64,000 nt of DNA, taken from Styela clava (Eukaryota). The position numbers and the translations under genes are program-made. Below are positions 1 to 12,501 of the stretch, one piece after another (the stretch's first letter is position 1; each line of letters opens with the position of its first letter). The notes below the pieces were generated by a model, which worked only from the letters and a program-made list of their open reading frames with translations, ran no database searches and was not told the DNA's origin. The DNA lies in contig NC_135251.1 of assembly GCF_964204865.1 (NCBI RefSeq), positions 15,500,001-15,564,000 of the forward strand, written 5' to 3'.

Positions 1-1339
1 GACCCAAGAACACTAAAAATCTAACTGAAACAACCGCAGCTACATTACTGCAATCCACAGCCTTCTCTAACAGGATAACAAAAGAAAGAGTGACAGTGCC
101 GTAGCGTCTCGGTGTCTCCAAAGTTAAAACACAAAATATAGCAGTAATATCAAATAACAGCATTCAAAAGACAAAAAAAAGCATGTCACGCTTTAATCAA
201 CCAATGAGCATATATGCTCATTGATTCAACGAAATCGAGTAGGTTTATTTCATTTTTTGTCTAAATAAGCCAGGCTGATCGGCGCGGCCGATGGCGCATC
301 GCATTCACTTGTCATAGTGTCACGGTAAAAAAAATGTTGCTTCTGTGGTTGTAGAATGTAGATGAATCAGAAGACTCAAGAATTCAGGATTGGTTGTTTA
401 TTGCACGGCAACTCCAATATCAAACTTAAAACAGCATAACAGATTACATCACTAAAGAACTAAAAAACACGACCGCCCGCCAGCGCAGCAGCCGCAGAAA
501 AAAGGGGAAAAGACATAGGTAGTTTTTTTCTTACGTGTCAGTGGTCGGAGTCCAGATCCGACAAAACAGCATTAAACAAGGGTAAACATACTAGTCTATA
601 AACATAAAAAAAATATATACACACAATGGACCTTTCCCCGAGCATCGACTTCCGTGTTTACTTCGTGACATTGGCCAATCAGCAAGATGCAAAAAGTGAC
701 GTAACAATGCCCCCTTTTCCCATCCGCTCAGACACTTTTCTCACTCAGACAGATTTTCAAGCGTGGTTGTAAACCTCGTTTTTGAACCCTATTCGTTTGT
801 TTTCAGTTGTGTTTCGGAAACTTAAATAAAAATCAGATAATTCAATGACCACTCTGTCTTCCTAGAAGTTTTAATTTAATTGCAGTAATAAAAATTAGTG
901 TAGAAATAGCTGTGATAGACTAGCCTGAAATTTTTTACCGGTACTTTTAAAAAACAGATTGTTGTGTGCGATGAAGCATAATGATGGTTTGAAACACATA
1001 CCCCATTTTACAGGCGCTAACTCGCAAAAGCACTCCGAAAATAGCACTGAAAATTTTGCAATGGTAAAGTATAGGAAGAATTTTACGGGGGTCAAAGGGC
1101 GGGGAAAGGTCCATATAAACACGGACACTTTAGTGTTTAGTCCGTGACAATAGCACCTTTTGGGTAAGCGAACACGCACTACTTCTTGTATCAATACCTT
1201 CCCACCTAAAATCTGTACGCTTCAAACCTTACTTGAGGTTTGGTTTACTTTTCCAATTCTATAATCAGTTTTAATTATTTTGTTTTTATCAATTTTTTTA
1301 TCGTCTGTTGCTGATTATGGAGTCGAAATAAACTTATCG

Positions 1340-1500
1340 TTATACCTCCGATTACCCTATGTGGGTTCGTAGAGGCTGCTTCATCACCCGTCGAGTCCAT
1401 GCATCTGAAACAAATAACTGACTATCTAACCCCACACCCGACAAGAACTAGTGATCGGACGAGACGCTGTGGTACGCGATATTGTTAATCCGTCTCATCA
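1340..1500 (+). mobile_element. Internal fragment of SINE family A
   Basis: Shares 'gtccatgcatctgaaacaaataactgactatctaa' and 'ctc.gattaccct..gtgggttcg' with the copies at 5088 and 16232; boundaries approximate. Confidence 0.6.
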
Positions 1501-2148
1501 CTTGCACTAAATTGTTCTTTTCCGTTCTTACTCCTCAGTATCCTGTCACAACTGCTTTATTCTGTCGCGTGATGGCGCTATGGATCGAATTCATATTTAA
1601 CATTATGTGTTAGTGAAGTCGACCGATGGAAGTTCTCAGAATATTCTAAGCCGATCTTTGAGCTTTCAGACCAAGCTCAAATCACGAGCAAATTACTGAA
1701 CTACCGGTACCGTATCAGGTTGAGATAAAAATAGCTTTCATTGAATATGATGATTTTTAAAGGATAATGAAAGCCGCAGCGGGACAGCAGGAAGAGTATT
1801 TGAGAGCCGCATGCGGGGTTGCACATCACAGATCGAGATAGCCTAATCTATTTTGAACTCGTCGTACAAGTTATTGTCATTTTACACTCAGACATCTGAA
1901 CATTACCTTGAAAAGCTATGGCTGTATGGTAACACATTTTGATATGTCAAAATCTACAGATCTAAGGAAATGACAGTTGAAGTTGAGACAATTGAAGTAT
2001 AAATTGATTTTTGATTGCTTATTATTTCTTTAATCTGTTAATCAGTAAACTTTAAAATGAATGAAGTGAATACCAAACAGCAAAATTGAATTTTATATTT
2101 TCTTAGAAAATTAACCATTCTTATTGCTATATTTTAGAGTTTGTCATA

Positions 2149-3639
2149 ATGTCAGTTTCCTTTGGATTCAAGAAGAAAATAGAATCCAAGGTTGTGAATG
2201 TTGAAAAGCCTAAAAATGAAGAGCCGGATTATCTTGAAACCGTAGAAGGAAAAGTAATAAAATCAACTAAACTTCAGAAAGAACCACCAAGGGATTTGGT
2301 TATACCCCTAATTAAACAAAATGTTTATAAAATACCAACATCTGTGAATAAACAAAAGACATCAGCAGAAAATGTTATCAGTAGTATTGATGCGGAAGCA
2401 GCTAAAGAAATTCTTGCAGAATCTAAAACATTTTTAGAAGATACTGATCAAAACGGAGAAGATTTTGAAAATCTTGCAGTGCCACTTCTTATGAAAAATA
2501 AGGTGCCCGAGGGATATGAAACTGATAATAAACTAGATGTATCATTGCGACCTGATGAAGCATCAGAGGCCCAATATGATCAAATCCCTGTGGCTGCATT
2601 TGGCATGGCAGTACTGCGTGGGATGGGTTGGAAACCTGAAGTGGGAATTGGCCGAACTTTCAAACAAAACACAGAAATGTTGCACCAGCAAGTTAGGCCT
2701 AAAGGTTTAGGTCTTGGTGCTGATGTGGCTACCCCAATAAAAGCTGATACAACTAAGACTACAAATCGAGATGAAACTCATATAGAGGAAAATCAATTAG
2801 CACTTGAAAAAGGTGCTAACGTATTCATTCACAGGGGCGCATTGAGAAACAAATATGGTGTCATTTTGGGCCTAGACATTGAGACTGCAAGATGTATTGT
2901 CAAAATGGCAATAGGGGGTAAATCTGAACAAATTGGACAACACTGTCTTAGAGTTGTTACAAAAAAGGAATATGATAAAAATGCGAAGGATTTAAGTAGA
3001 CTTAGCAAAGCATATACTGGGGATAACATGCTTATAATAGGTAATGGAAAAAATACAGAGGAAAATGATAAAAGACGAGAATCACCAGGTTCTGACAGAG
3101 CTATGTCACACCAAAAAGATACAGATATGAAGCATAAAGAAAAAAGGAAAAGAAGACACAAAGAATATTCACCACCAAAACATAAAAAATCAAAGAAACA
3201 TAAGTCAAATAGAGAGATTTCTCCAAAACAAGACTCAAATTCTACTCTCTCGCATTGGGTACAACCTCAAATGAGAGTCAGAATTGTTGATAAATCGTAC
3301 AAAAAAGGCAGATACTATCTTGAAAAAGTAATTATTGAAGATGTTTTAGGTGGTGGACTTTGTTGCTGCAAAACGACAGATGGTAGATTGTTGGATGATA
3401 TTGAAGAATCAATGTTAGAAACAGTTATTCCAAAATCAGCTTCCGATTCTTATATAATTATAGTGAAATCAAAATTCAAATCGAAACATTCAGGGAAACT
3501 TGCTAAAATTCTAGAAAAAGATAAAGCAAATTGTGAAGCTCTGGTTCAGTTAATTGAAGATAGAGATGTTGTGGTTCGGGTTGCTTTTGAAGAAATGTGC
3601 GAGTATACTGGCGATGTTGAAGCCAGTATGATGTTTTAA
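2149..3639 (+). CDS. GPKOW: G-patch domain and KOW motifs-containing protein (Spp2/MOS2 homolog), single-exon CDS, 496 aa
   Basis: G-patch 'FGMAVLRGMGWKPEVGIG..RPKGLGLGA', N-terminal 'SFGF', 'LVIPLI', C-terminal KOW region 'WVQPQMRVRIVDKSYKKGRYY..LETVIPK'; acceptor ttttAG at 2137 just before the ATG. Confidence 0.92.
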   Translation: MSVSFGFKKKIESKVVNVEKPKNEEPDYLETVEGKVIKSTKLQKEPPRDLVIPLIKQNVYKIPTSVNKQKTSAENVISSIDAEAAKEILAESKTFLEDTDQNGEDFENLAVPLLMKNKVPEGYETDNKLDVSLRPDEASEAQYDQIPVAAFGMAVLRGMGWKPEVGIGRTFKQNTEMLHQQVRPKGLGLGADVATPIKADTTKTTNRDETHIEENQLALEKGANVFIHRGALRNKYGVILGLDIETARCIVKMAIGGKSEQIGQHCLRVVTKKEYDKNAKDLSRLSKAYTGDNMLIIGNGKNTEENDKRRESPGSDRAMSHQKDTDMKHKEKRKRRHKEYSPPKHKKSKKHKSNREISPKQDSNSTLSHWVQPQMRVRIVDKSYKKGRYYLEKVIIEDVLGGGLCCCKTTDGRLLDDIEESMLETVIPKSASDSYIIIVKSKFKSKHSGKLAKILEKDKANCEALVQLIEDRDVVVRVAFEEMCEYTGDVEASMMF

Positions 3640-4370
3640 TTTTGCCCAAAATAAAAAGCATTAATTATATTTTGCCGTTAGGTTGATGGTAAGATGTTAC
3701 AGCGTTTTCAATATATTTTGGATGCCTTTATTGGAATTCGAAAACCTTATCATTTAGATATGTGTTTTATAAATTTAGATACGATTTGTAATTTTGTTCA
3801 TTTTCTATAACCTGATGCCTTTGGATAAAAAACAATCTTATATCAACAAGTTTATCATAATATGATTTTGATATAAACTACTACTCTGCTAACTGATTTG
3901 ATTTCTAAATTTATGCTTCGATAATTATCAATTAATCTCCTAAAACATGGTAAAATAAATTGACTAAATACTGTTCACACACAGAAATTTTATATCAGTC
4001 ATCCAAGTATTGCCAATGTTGAACGAACGGTTTTCGATTCCTAATTTGACAAAAAATAGACAATACGAGTATTCTGCAAGTGATAATATCTCTTTATTGT
4101 TGCTTCTAACAATTGCAGATGATGAATTGTATTAAAATGGAATTTCTATCGCACTTTTATATTTATGTTTTGTAATGATGTCTTTTCAGTAATAGGGTAG
4201 TAATAATTTTTAGCTTTTATAAGCATTCCATCATTAAATTGATTGGATATACCTTCATCAATAACACAAATGATAGTGAAGTACTAACCAACCCTGCACT
4301 GCAGTGACTCAATATTTGCCTGAACCACACTGTGAATAGCTCAATATCTAGGTACAAACAGACGAAAAAA

Positions 4371-7300
4371 ATGTCGTATCCACATCCGACTAATAATTAC
4401 TACCCCCCTCCACCTCCAAACATATCAATGGATCCACTTCCTCCAGGTATGTCCTTAATTTTCTATTAATGTTGACCATAAATTTCCTGGTCCTGAGCTT
4501 TGATAATGTTTTGAATCAGGATGGGAAATGAGGATTGACGAGGCAACAGGATGGCCCTTTTTCATTGATCATAGAAACCAAACAACTACATGGCAGGATC
4601 CAAGGCCTCCAAAACACCAAAGCTCTTATCCGCATCAGGTGGGTATTTCATGTAATTAGATTGATCATAAAATTTTTCTTGATACTCAGTCTCAGTTTTG
4701 TTAAAATTAGAAAATTCAATGCTTTGATAAACATTCATTTTTTTAGAAATTGATATAGTTTATGTAAACTTTTTCACTTCCAGACTGGAAATTATTACTT
4801 GTGTCTTCCTTTATTAAATAAATTTTGGCTTCAGGGTTTCATTCTATGTCATATGCATACATTCAGTAATGATGTTTATTGAAAATAATTGCATGGCTGA
4901 ATCTTGAAACCAAGTAGATATGAATAACACAATTAACAGAGCACTTTGAGCGAATGACCAGTTAATTTGGAGTCAATGTTAGTGTGGAATTGGAACATGA
5001 CATATTCATACTCATTTTCAACTTGCATTCTCATTCTCTGTGTCAGAGTAAACCCTAGAGCCAGAAAATTAGATTGTAAATTTTCTCCGAGCTCGGCGGT
5101 GTGGCGCATCGAACTAAGCATTGGAAATACGCTCGTCACCGCATCTCTGATTATCCTGCACTCGTTTGAATTCGATGAGACACAATTATAAGCGAGAGAC
5201 TCCTCGGTGCCATAGAATGGTTCACATAAGCGCTGGTCGGTAACGGCTTCCTCTACCATCAAGCCTTGCATCTGAAACAAATAACTGTCTAACTGATGCC
5301 ATACGAAACATGGACTTGTAATTGACGGTTGGCCGTGGTTTTTTATATGATTAAATCGTCTTTTATTAAAGATTTTTTCCTCCCCAGGATAAATATGTAA
5401 GTCCTAACATAATAATCATAGTACTTTTATTAGAGTAGTTGATGGCAACTGATGTAAAATGTAACATAAGATTGTGAGGATAAAATTTCAGAGATGCATA
5501 ATCTTTACAATCTAATCTTATTTCAATGACTAAGTCAATTAACACTATGATTTTTTACTATTGATATGTGTTAGTGTTATCTAAGCTTATAGTAATTGGC
5601 GTTATTGTTAGGGAGGAAAGAAACTTTTTCATTCAATAAACATATGAATATCTAATTCTATTTTCACTGATGTATAATATTAAGATAATTTGTATATTGG
5701 GAGCTTGCAAAAAATTCTTGCGTTGCGAGTGTGGTTACTGCAGCTGTCGCTTTACCTTCTAGAATAAGAGACGATGATAAGAATAAGCTCGAGTAATGAA
5801 TTCCGATATTCCGCCGCACGGTATTTAATAGGTATGCATTTTATCATTCATTTTCTCGCTTAGTAACGGAGCTCCGTTTCTCTGGAAGGTACATCATTAA
5901 AAACAGTTGGCATGTGCGACTTCGTCACGCAATGATATCGTATTCCGAGTGAAAATAACGCTTGCGTTATAGTTTTGTTATTAACGTGTGAGCTCGATTA
6001 GTCCATGACTATATCCATCGTTGTCTCGTGTCGCGTTGCTTTCTAGAATTCTCTCGATTTATTTTCTCTCGTCTGATTTGCGAAACCTCTAGTACTGTCT
6101 CGAATTGACAGCGTCATAGACTCGATTGTTTGCGCGAAATTACAGGAGATTTCTGGAATAGCCCAAGCCTGGTTTATATCTCGTGGGAGATGACTGCCGA
6201 CTATTTTATTATTTGAATCCTTCGCTAGCGTAGTTTAAATTTATTCGAGACAGATGCTCGCCTTTCCCAGATACTTTGACATGTTTGAAATGAAACGGCC
6301 TCAATTTATTAATCGCTATTTTGAAGACGAGGACGAAAGCCCTTTTACGGTAAATATACCTATTTATGTATATGAGTTTTTATTAACCTATTTCGTCTTT
6401 ATCGGTATCGGCGAGGGTTAAAACAGTAGGTTCCATTTTCTAAGAATTTTTATTAAATTCCTTCTTAAGTGCAGTATTACAATTTAGAATTAATTTTATC
6501 GTTATCAGAACAATCAACTGCCTCAACAAAATAAGCAACCCAAACGCATACAAGTACCTGTTCAACATGAGCCAACTGCACAGCAATATCAGCGTCAGTT
6601 TCAGCAGATGCCTATACCACAACCGAGTGGTGTTTCTCATAGTCAACAACACAGAGATACAACAGCGCCTGTGAACAACGAAATGCACCGGTCTGCTGAA
6701 ATGGTAAGAAATCTTACTGAAATTCCAGTTCGACATGTCCCTTTAAAGGAACACGGTGAATATGTTTCGCCACCTAGTTATTTGCAAAGTAATGTGGATA
6801 TTGAGAAAATGCCAAAAGAAATGGCAGTATTAGATACTCCAATCGAAAATAAAGTGGCTGATGAGTGCAACTCAAAAACGGATGTCTTGGAATCACCACA
6901 GGAAACTGAATCACAGAATTTGGCAGAAACATCAAAGCGCCCAGTGGTTCGGAAACAAACATCTTTAATTGTGTCTGACGATCACACCACCCCAATACCG
7001 ATGCCATATGATTCTCTTGATGACAGTATACCTGAGGAGATAGAAGATGCTAAGGATAAAAGTCCTCAACCTAAAATGAAGACCCCCACCATTCGAAAAC
7101 AAACATCTCTCAGAGTATCGGATGATCACACAACACCAATCCCAATGTCGTATGTGCAACCATCATGCTTGGAATCACAGATTGAGGAGGAGCAGAATGA
7201 ATGCGAAGGAAATCAAAAATTGGAAATGAAACAAGATTCGCCTTTGATTGATAAGTCTTCAAATTTGATGGAAGACACAGACCCGAATACATGTGAAAAG

Positions 7301-8324
7301 TCTGAGAAGGTTGTTATTAGCCGTTCAATGTCACATGATGAGGAAATGGCAAAGCACAAGGAAAGAGTTGCACCCGCACCACGAAGAGTAATACCAATAA
7401 AAGTTGCTAACACATCAACAGCTCAAGCGAGTAAAGTCCCCTTGTCATCAAATCAGGTACTGGAGGAGAGTGTGATGCATCTTGGTTTGAGCAAGCTGGC
7501 CAATCATCATTCTTCAGAGCAAGCTGGCAATCACGGCGCATTTTCATCACATGCAAATTTCATTAAATATCAAACAAATCCATTTGCCTTATACTGCTTT
7601 GATGTAGCTTCCATGCATGCAGAGTGCTTTTACTAAATATTAATCATCTCTATTTTTGTTTCAGGCAAGAGAAGTGCCTATAAATGTGCAACAGGGTACA
7701 GCCAGGCCAGTTCAGAGGCAACCAAGAATGCAAAATCATGTAACTCAACCACAGGTGAGTAATAATTTTAAAATTATTTACAATATTATTTTTGTATAGT
7801 TATCTAAAAAGTAAATATCTTTTGCTAAATTTGAATGCTCATGTAATCGAAAATAATTTATTTATAAAACAGCAATATATTTTTAATTTCAGCATCCCAG
7901 CCCAGAACCAACCATGTCGACTCCTGTTCAAGCTGGAATGCCAATGCCCCAACCACAACCTACAGCTCAAGCAGCACAGCCGAGCACTTCTTATACTGAG
8001 CAGGGTGACACATACACTCAACCTAAGCCACCTGCGCCAAAACCCAAAGAACAGTGGGTTGATCCGAGAATTACTGCTGCTCTGGAATCTATACAAAAAA
8101 TAGCTGATGAAGCAAGGACTGTTGGTACACAAGTCGACGTAATTGAAGTGACATCGAAGGATAAGAAATATCTAACTTTAGAAGAGCAATTGACAAAACT
8201 TTTATTGAAGTTGGACTGTATTGAATCTTTTGGAGATGAAAATGTGCGGTCAAAGCGAAAAGCATGTATAAAACAAGTTCAACAAACGCTTGATGCTCTT
8301 GAACTTAAGTTAATTGCTAGCTGA
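4371..8324 (+). CDS. BAG3: BAG family co-chaperone BAG3-like (WW + IPV-like motifs + BAG domain); exons 4371-4446, 4520-4638, 6509-7456, 7665-7754, 7893-8324
   Basis: Exons 1-2 encode the WW domain [34 protein letters not shown]; the last exon encodes a BAG domain '[47 protein letters not shown]'; all junctions are GT-AG and phase-compatible. Confidence 0.9.
5088..5408 (+). mobile_element. tRNA-derived SINE family A, near full-length, in BAG3 intron 2
   Basis: A-box-like TGGCGCATCG head, degraded B box, body similar to 16232-16525, tail 'ggataaatatgtaagtccta'. Confidence 0.75.
6041..6180 (+). promoter_or_regulatory. Heat-shock element array plus TATA-like box (candidate internal BAG3 promoter)
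   Basis: Alternating nGAAn/nTTCn units: TTC-ta-GAA-tt-CTC-tc-GAT (6041-6058), GAA-ac-CTC-ta-GTA-ct-GTC-tc-GAA (6082-6104), GAA-at-TAC-ag-GAG-at-TTC-tg-GAA (6136-6158); TTTATA at 6173-6178. Confidence 0.6.
6254..6349 (+). CDS. BAG3: Putative alternative first coding exon of BAG3 ([32 protein letters not shown])
   Basis: ATG at 6254, 32 open codons, phase-0 donor ACG|gtaaat compatible with the phase-0 acceptor at 6509; lies just downstream of the HSE/TATA array. Confidence 0.55.
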
Positions 8325-9186
8325 AATTGATAGTACTTTATTGTGTCATATTTAAATTTGCATGTTCAGTAGCCTTCATGTGATCTCTGTTTTTCACATA
8401 GTTCATAATATTGAATGGGAAGGGTTAACCTAGTTTCAGGACTCTGACCTGAGGTACTATGTTACCAACCTTCTGTATCCGTCATACATCTTGCTCTGTC
8501 TGGGATCTAACTTCTTGATCTATTGTGTAACAGAACACCTTGAACTAGTGCTGGATTTCATGAATTTTTTCAGTTTCTTTATATATCTTATCTCGCTATC
8601 TGTATTTTCGCAATATTTTCACGAAGAACTTTCTCATACACCAAGAATAATAAATTTCATCATTCAAATTCATGCTTTTTGTTGCACTTTTTATGAAATT
8701 TTTCGTGTTATATTTGCTTGTTATAATAAACAAACACGTTTCAAGTGATCTCCATTTTGTCTTTATTGACATCTGAAAAGACTTGCGAGAACCATAATAT
8801 GGCAGGGCTGCGCGTATTTTTCAGTTATAATAAATAAATAGGAATGAATCTACTATTTCGAATGGATTGTAAGCTGAAATAATTTATCATATTTACGGGT
8901 AGCTGAAATTTCAGGTTACACGGCACACACTGAGCGTGCGTGTTTCGGCTTTGTGGTGAACTGTTTCGCCTTATGACGATTTGCACTATTAAGTTTTTTC
9001 ACCTTTTTTCAGAATTGAACTGGTCTTTCTATTAATAGTCTTTTATTTAAATGCAGAATTAAATGAAAATGATGAACAACATATCTATATTTTACATTTT
9101 AACATACTGACGACCGCGCGCCTGTACGCCAGCCGCGTACGTCCGCAAATCGGATGGATAAGTCGTTGTATTAAGTATATAAATAT

Positions 9187-12100
9187 TTATTTTTCGAATA
9201 ATCCCATCCGTGCGTTAAAGCTTGGTACTGATATTGGGGTTACCAAGTTCTGGTCATCTGCATCGTTCTTTAGCTTCCAAGCCTTTGATCGGAGTTTATT
9301 TCGAGATTTCTTCGATTTCGTGTCACATTTATCAGCGTCACTGTTTTCAGTTTTCGAATATTTGATTGCAATATCCAATTCCATCCGCGCTGGAAGTATG
9401 GATGTGACATTAATTTCATAACATACCGTTTTCACTGGCAGGCGCCAAGCGACTTTGTCGGATCACTACTAGTTTAAAAACATAGCATATAGATACTTTT
9501 CATTAAACCGTTTTGGTAGTTAGTCGAATTTCAGTTTTGTCTTGTTTCTTTTAGCAATATGAAAATAGGAACAGCTTTAATATATAAGTCTGTTAACTAG
9601 AGCCATGACGAGAAAAACTTCCACCAACCCGTATTATAACAGGTTACCATGCAAAGAAGGTTGCGCGTTTAAAAATTTATCGTCCGCCTTCCAGTGTAAG
9701 AAATTTAGGCTACGTTCCTGCTCTAGTAGGGCAAAGGCAACATATGGCGGGTGTGTGGGGAGTAGGAATTGTTGATACCATATATCAGGGGTGGCCAACC
9801 TGCCTTCGACCGCGATCGACTAAAATCTTTAAAATAGCTCGCGATCGACTGATCGGTAATAGGGTCCTGCACAAAGACGAATGGGTAATGAATACACAGA
9901 TAACTGCACACAAGCATAAAAAATTCCACCACTGCCAATAAACAGGCTTTTTGGGCGGATTCTTGATAAAATCGACACAAATTTTTTATTTTTTTGTTCC
10001 ATTTAAGTTGTTGATTTGATTATTTAATTGAACCCGGAGTAAATGTTTCATCATTTATTTAAGATTTTTTTAAATCATACAATTCAGATTTTTAGCCGTA
10101 CGTGTTGAAAATTCTTTAAGAAACCTTGCCAAGTATTCATGTATAATCTAAACAGCAAAAAAATAAATATTCTCAAACCATGAATGTTACATGACTTCTC
10201 AGACAGTATCTAATTTACAATTACCAATTCTTCGCTCGCTTGGAACTAGAAAAAATTGCGCATTGTGATGCCCCTGCTACCATTGCGACTGAAATTGATC
10301 TCACTACTTTTGGAGGGAGACAATAACTTTCGCATACTGCAGTAATTATTGTAGGATCGTTTGTCAGTCAAGACACGCGATATTCGGCACTTCATTTTTA
10401 AACCTCGGCAGCGGCAAAACTTGCATTTGTTAGGACGTTAGGTAACAATATGCGCTATTGAGCTTGCCCAGAATCAAATACTACTGTATGTGTATATTGT
10501 ATTTTTCGCATGTACAGTACTGTATTCTTCCTGTTTTAAAACACACAACTGGTTCAAGGCGATTTTTTTGGGGTCTTTCATTAATTCACTCAACATCAGT
10601 CGACCGGTCGATCGACGTGTTGGCCATGTTGGCCGACGTGTTGGCCATGTATGAATCACCATAAATATGTAAATCCTATCCTATGTCCCTTTTGATCGGG
10701 TTCAACCTTCTACAAAAGTTGTGAGACAATTAAGGACAGTTTTAATTTACCATTAGCTATAGATCATCATCTTTGTTTATAAAGTTTCTTAATATACGAG
10801 AATAGTAATCATTACCTCTTGCTAGATCTCCTTGCGCTTTATCGGGTTCTGAATTTTTTTCTATAATATTCGGTTTCTCCTGTCCCAATTGGTCATTACA
10901 AAGCTTCATATCACCGCCTACGTCGCTTTTCGAACCACGTATTTTAAATCCTCGCTTTTTCTTACTTTTATATCTGATGAAGGTATTCGAACTTGACGTC
11001 TCTGTTAATGAAATTTGACCTAATAAAATTTGAACAATACCAATCAATCCAAGTAAAATTAATAAATGAATAATTCAATCGAAATAAGGTGCTTGGAATT
11101 TCTCTTGATAAGTTTGATACCCGACATCGGGTTTTTGAAATTTTATTTCGAAAGTCCTATGCAATAGCCAAGTAACCAAAAGACATAATGAACTTAGGTC
11201 CTAGTGTTGTTACGTCATGCCTACTAGCACATAGGTTCTCAAAATGCTCCATACGGAGCCCCATAGCTCCGCAAGAAAAAACCAGGAGCTCCACGAGAGA
11301 AAACTAGGGGCTCCGCGAGCTATTCGTTTACTTATTGAAATATTGAATATTTTTAAATACAAGAGATCCGGGTCATTAAATAAAGTAATTTTAGTTTACT
11401 CAAGAACATTATTCGGTGAATAAACATTTTTTTGTTAGTTGTTTTTATAAATTTATTATGGAACTCCGTAAATAATAGTCAATCTCCTAACGGGCTCCAC
11501 AACCCGAATAGTTTGAGGACCCCTGTACTAGCACACTCTTGGGGTTGGGAATGTGTCAATTCGAGTAATTTTCAAATATATTCGTTTATTACTACGATTT
11601 CGTGGATTTGAAACTCTCATTTATGACGGCATAATACTTTTTACGAATACACTATGGCGTCACAATGAATATTCATTTATAGTGTTTTAAATAAAAAAAT
11701 CTGTTTTTTCCAATATTCACGCAATCAATTTCGTTTATATAAACATGTGAGCATGGAAAATCATAAACCTGTAGTTATTTCTTTTTTAATTGTAAGTTCG
11801 ATTTCGCTCCTGTATCTTTCCACCTTTTCTCGCAAGCTATCCACCATTGCTTGTTGGTTAGCGCAAAATGCTTTGGCTCGGAATAGACCTGACGGGCATC
11901 TGTGCATTCGATTGCCACACATGGTATCGTGATCAGAGTCATCATAATTTGCCATTCCTGGCATTGGCTGCGTTTTCTTGGCAATTGCAACTGATATGCC
12001 AGGGGCTACTGGCGGGGCGTATGGGCAGATGGTGCTCCAATAATCTGAATATGAAACATAAATACAATTGCATAATGCATACGTGTTGATGTGTCAACTG

Positions 12101-12501
12101 CCTTTTATTCTTACTTGGTATGCTCGATCATACCAACAATAGGAATCCACAGAGAATCGATACGAAAGTAGTAAATGGGTTTAGGGATTGCTTTTGTGTA
12201 AGTGCAGTTTGAGAATAGTAGTAGTTTGCTACTACGACCTACGTAAATGCACATAACCTTTTCCTATTTAAATTGGTAAAACTAGACTCATTTTAAATAT
12301 AATTAAAAGCATAGCTGAGCCGATATCACACCCCGTGTATAAAATTGAAGCCAACATGGTCAAATGGACATGGATATTAATTATTAAATATTATCTATCG
12401 TGTATTAAGATTCTATTGTGCAAATCATGAAATAAACTGACCTAACGGAGAATTCACATTCTTTGGGATGATGATACCATTGCTCAAGCATTTTTTACAA
12501 C
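9187..12501 (-). CDS. Putative spliced gene of unknown function (possibly a pseudogene); candidate exons about 12501-12442, 12044-11769, 11020-10757, then about 9722-9648 and 9468-9187
   Basis: Phase-1 GT-AG joins give GCKKCLSNGIIIPKNVNSPL-DYWSTICPYAPP..MCGNRMHRCPSG..EITT-GQISLTETSS..DDDL*; no recognisable domain; start exon not resolved. Confidence 0.35.
9786..10650. mobile_element. Non-autonomous hAT-like DNA transposon, degenerate right end
   Basis: Left end CAGGGGTGGCCAACC with gatcgac subterminal repeats; right end 'gtcgatcgacgtgttggcca' locally duplicated; TSD unclear. Confidence 0.55.
10661..10686 (+). mobile_element. 3' tail remnant of SINE family A
   Basis: 'ataaatatgtaaatcctatcctat' matches the tail at 16501-16525. 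Confidence 0.5.
11230..11525. mobile_element. hAT-type MITE
   Basis: TIRs CATAGGTTCTCAAA / TTTGAGGACCCCTG; perfect 8-bp TSD TACTAGCA (11222-11229, 11526-11533); repeated gctcc subterminal motifs. Confidence 0.85.

Noticed and set aside
1629-1647. Heat-shock element upstream of GPKOW
   Set aside because: Only two correctly phased units (GAAtaTTC); expected by chance in AT-rich DNA
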